Assembly (NCBI RefSeq): GCF_009914755.1
Contig: NC_060938.1
Reading direction: 5' to 3' (one strand)
Length of the DNA stretch: 64,000 bases
Source of the DNA: the human T2T-CHM13v2.0 reference genome, Homo sapiens
The position numbers and the translations under genes are program-made. Positions 59,014 to 64,000 of this stretch are shown here, piece after piece. Below the pieces are notes generated by a model. It saw only the letters and a list, made by a program, of their open reading frames with translations, did no database searches and was not told the origin of the DNA. Position 1 is the stretch's first letter, and each line of letters opens with the position of its first letter.

Positions 59014-59428
59014 CTAGAGGCTTGAGGCCTCAGACCGCAAGGTGGAGATACGAGGAAGATTCTTGGTGGCCCTAGAATCACACACAGTCCTGAGCAAGGA
59101 GCAGTGTGGCCTCAGAGCTCCACAACATGGCACTAGACTGGCCAGTCAAATCTAATTGCCCCCTCCTCCCACTGCCTTGACATCTCAGTTCTGGTAAGTT
59201 TTCCAACCCGTTTTTCCTACTTTTTGAGAAAATACTGATTCTAGAAAGATATCAGCACCTAGTAGTTTACATATCTTACAGCTAGTTGATTTATTCGTGT
59301 GTTTGTTCATCTGGGCATTCATTCATTTATCAAAGATGTATTGAGCAGCTACTATATGCCAAGCATAGTGCTAACCTTGGGAAGCAAAACATGAGTAGAC
59401 ACAACCCCTGCCTTCAAGGGGATTAAAA

Positions 59429-59555
59429 CCCATTTATGCCTGGTGTTCCATTATTGGAACGCTAAGCATGTAAGAGTTATTTATATCCTGCTGCTCAAGG
59501 TCAAGGCCAAGGTCTGATTTCAAAATTCAAAAAAGTGCAGCCTCAGGCTTATGGG
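59429..59555 (+). mobile_element. MER85 (piggyBac/PGBD3-derived MITE) in TGFB3 intron 1
   Basis: CCCATTTATGCCT left TIR, palindrome GTTCCATTATTGGAAC (59445-59460), decayed right TIR ..ggcttatggg, TTAA at 59423 and 59556. Confidence 0.88.
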
Positions 59556-60439
59556 TTAATATCTAAGGGGGGGTATTAATACATGGGCCCAAATAACAGG
59601 ACTAGAGAGAAATAATAGGACAGAGTGCCCCGGAAGATGTCACAATGCAGGAGCACAGGTGAGGGGAGCGACAGGAAACCAGTGGTTTTCAGAGAAGTCC
59701 AGGAGTTGCTGCAGGAAATCAAAGGAGGGAAATGGCAAGGAGCACTTCACGGAAGGGGTGAAAATTGAGAGGATTTGAGGATGGGGAGGAAAGAAATGTT
59801 ACATGGAGTGACTGCTGGAAGCAAAGGCAGGGAGGGGAGGAAATGCAAATGAGTAAGAGGGGCCCGAAACAGCAGGTGGGAGCCAGGTGAGAAAGGGCAA
59901 GATGATAGATTGGGGTCCACCTGTCAGACTAAAAGGTTAAATTTTAACCCATTAACAGTAGGGAGTCACTGAAAGTGTTTGAGCAGTGCAGTGACATCTC
60001 AACCTTGTGTTTTAGACCCAATAAAGCAGGGCTTATATAGCAAAGAGCCCACATCATGAGCCTGGCAGAAACACAGATGCTTCCTCTGACCAAGCTGGTG
60101 TGTCACCATTGGCTCCTTTCTCTTTCCTTGACAGCACGTGCTATGCCAGACGCTGTCACCTGCTGGCCTCTTCATCCCTGTCCACAAGATGTGGGCAGCG
60201 AATGCTCTTTCCCACCCCTCTGAGCCAGAGAAAGAGAAAGAGCCTGTCTTTTCTCTGCTCCTGTACACTTGACAGCCTCAAGGTCTGAGCAGTATTAACA
60301 CCCAGAGAAAAACTTTCTGCACAAATGGTAACAATAGCCCGAAGTTGAAATTCAAGCTCATAGACCCAGATTCCACACATAATGGACATGGCTGGAATGA
60401 GCTTATAATCACCCCGAGGGGTTGTTGAGGAAGTCACAG

Positions 60440-60690
60440 ACAAGGCAGGAAGGATCAGAGGCCTGGAAACAAGCAAATGCGCTACTGATCTTCAGGAAAG
60501 GATGAGTGAGTGTTTCTGGAAATTGCCATCTGGTGGGCCTGACGCTGGTTCTTAGAAAATTAATGGAACAGATGTTAGGAAAACAAATGTGTGAATGCTG
60601 TCTAATGAAGCCCTGATTAATAATTGGCTTTGAAAGAACAGATACTGCCAACGATTCCCTAAACCATTTCAGATAGAACCAAGGAGAGAA
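60440..60690 (+). mobile_element. L3/CR1 RT fragment
   Basis: Translates to GNCHLVGLTLVLRKLMEQMLGKQMCE, resembling the CR1 RT motif NYRPVSLT..KILEQII. Confidence 0.55.
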
Positions 60691-60839
60691 ATCAGTGATA
60701 GTTAAGTAATGTGTAAGTTTACAAGTTTGTAATACTCTGAATGTGGATAAGCTACTTGCATTGGCAACCCTATCAAGGACAACAGAGCTGGGTTTTGAAG
60801 GAGCTGTTATTGATATGGCTTCAGTTACAATAGCACCTG

Positions 60840-62590
<1,751 letters not shown>

Positions 62591-63389
62591 ATTGCCTGGG
62601 AGATCAAAGAAAATGTACATACAATCTTCTTGACAATCAAATTCACTGAATAATGATGTTTTAAGTAATCTGTGGAATGAATCATCGTATACATAAATAA
62701 GCAAAATGTAATAGCACCACCTTGTTTTGTCGAGTTTTTATTACTTCATGTGACCTTCTAACAACCCCTGAGAAGAATGAAAACATGTAAAATTTATCAC
62801 TTGACAAATGAGAAAACTGAGCCTCAAAAAGTTAAATGTCTTTCCCAAGGTCACATAACTAGAAGGTGGTGGAGGTGGGGTTTGAACCCAGGTCTTCTGA
62901 ACATACCTCATTTATTGAAGCAGAGACTCTTCAAGCTGGGAGGGATCTGGGAGATCATCTGGTGAAGATGGTTTCATCAACAAAATATGGCAAGATTCCA
63001 CTAAATGGGCCTAGAGTGTCAACCTATGCCTCAGACAATGACCCACTGCAAACGAGTTTGTGGTTCTTAAGCCATGCCTCACAGAACACTAGTATTATTG
63101 AGAGCTGGACTAGGGGGTCCCACCTTTACAAATTAAATCTTGAGCAACTTTTTCCATTGCACAGAAAAAATATATATTGGTGAATGCCATTTTCTCTATT
63201 TTGTTTAACGGGGCAAAACATAAGCAAAGAATATTCATGTACAGTATGCATGGAAAAACCAGGAAATAGCTGACCATGTTTAGTTAACTGCCTTTTAAAA
63301 TGTGTTCAGACACCTGGGTGGCTAGGTGTGCCTTTGCTTGTATATATCATTTCTGCTGGTTCTAGTGAAGGGACTATATTTATCAGTGT

Positions 63390-63566
63390 GGCTGTACTTC
63401 TCTACCCTGGCTGCACATTAGAATCACCTGGAAAGCTTTAAAAACAAATGATTCCTGGACCCATTCCCCAGCAGTTCTGACTACACTGGAGTGAGTGGGG
63501 TCCACGGCATATTTTTTTCAAGATCTCCAGATGATTCTAACGTGCAGCCAGGGTTGAGAACCACAG
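63390..63566 (+). mobile_element. MER5 (hAT-Charlie) MITE
   Basis: ccctggctgcacattagaatcacctgg...gattctaacgtgcagccagggttgagaaccac inverted ends. Confidence 0.75.
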
Positions 63567-64000
63567 ATTATAATGTGTTGCAAAGGGCACCATGGCTTCT
63601 AGATGTTCTGGAAGTTTGAGAAACCACTGCTTTAATGGTGTGAGCTTTCTATTGATTAACCGTTAAATGAATTAGACATGTTGTTTCGCTGATGGAACAC
63701 CTTTAAAAATTTTGAGTTAGAAGCCCATAAACATTTTAAGCCCATGTTAAAAATTGGAACACTTCACAGAAAGATCCAGATTTTCTGCTTTTCTGGGACA
63801 CGGGAAGAACTAATCAAGCTGGACCCACAGTCCTCAATGCAAAACCCAGCAAGAACTGAGGCTGGCTGCTGCTTTGGCTGGGCACGTGGGCTCCAGGTCC
63901 CCTCCCTCTCCCTGTCTCACACACCCTACTTTCTTCTTGACCCCAAGACCAAGTGTCCTGGTGCAGTTTATCATGACGCCGTGGCTTTTCTTCCAGATCA

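Overview
Human (hominid) genomic DNA, recognisable as the TTLL5/TGFB3 junction (14q24.3). Bases 1-41609 are the repeat-dense last intron of TTLL5 (+). The TTLL5 terminal exon (..DPAHTKI* plus 3' UTR) lies at 41610-~42270. TGFB3 is convergent on the - strand: exons 2-7 are present with canonical GT/AG junctions, the 3' UTR ends near 45290, and exon 1 lies beyond the right edge. The rest is L1, Alu, SVA, ERV/MaLR, L2/MIR/L3 and DNA-transposon relics. I found no new gene or novel biological system. The most unusual structures are: (i) a full-length SVA flanked by a ~286-bp duplication instead of a normal short TSD; (ii) a MER50-like ERV copy with the anatomy of an L1-processed ERV mRNA; (iii) a TTLL5 stop that overlaps an 18-codon ORF, suggesting a lineage-specific C-terminal frameshift; (iv) a MER85 with an intact internal palindrome and two short locally templated duplications in TGFB3 introns; (v) a perfect 48-bp AT-rich inverted repeat. 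Repeat subfamily names come from remembered consensus sequences and repeat boundaries are approximate.
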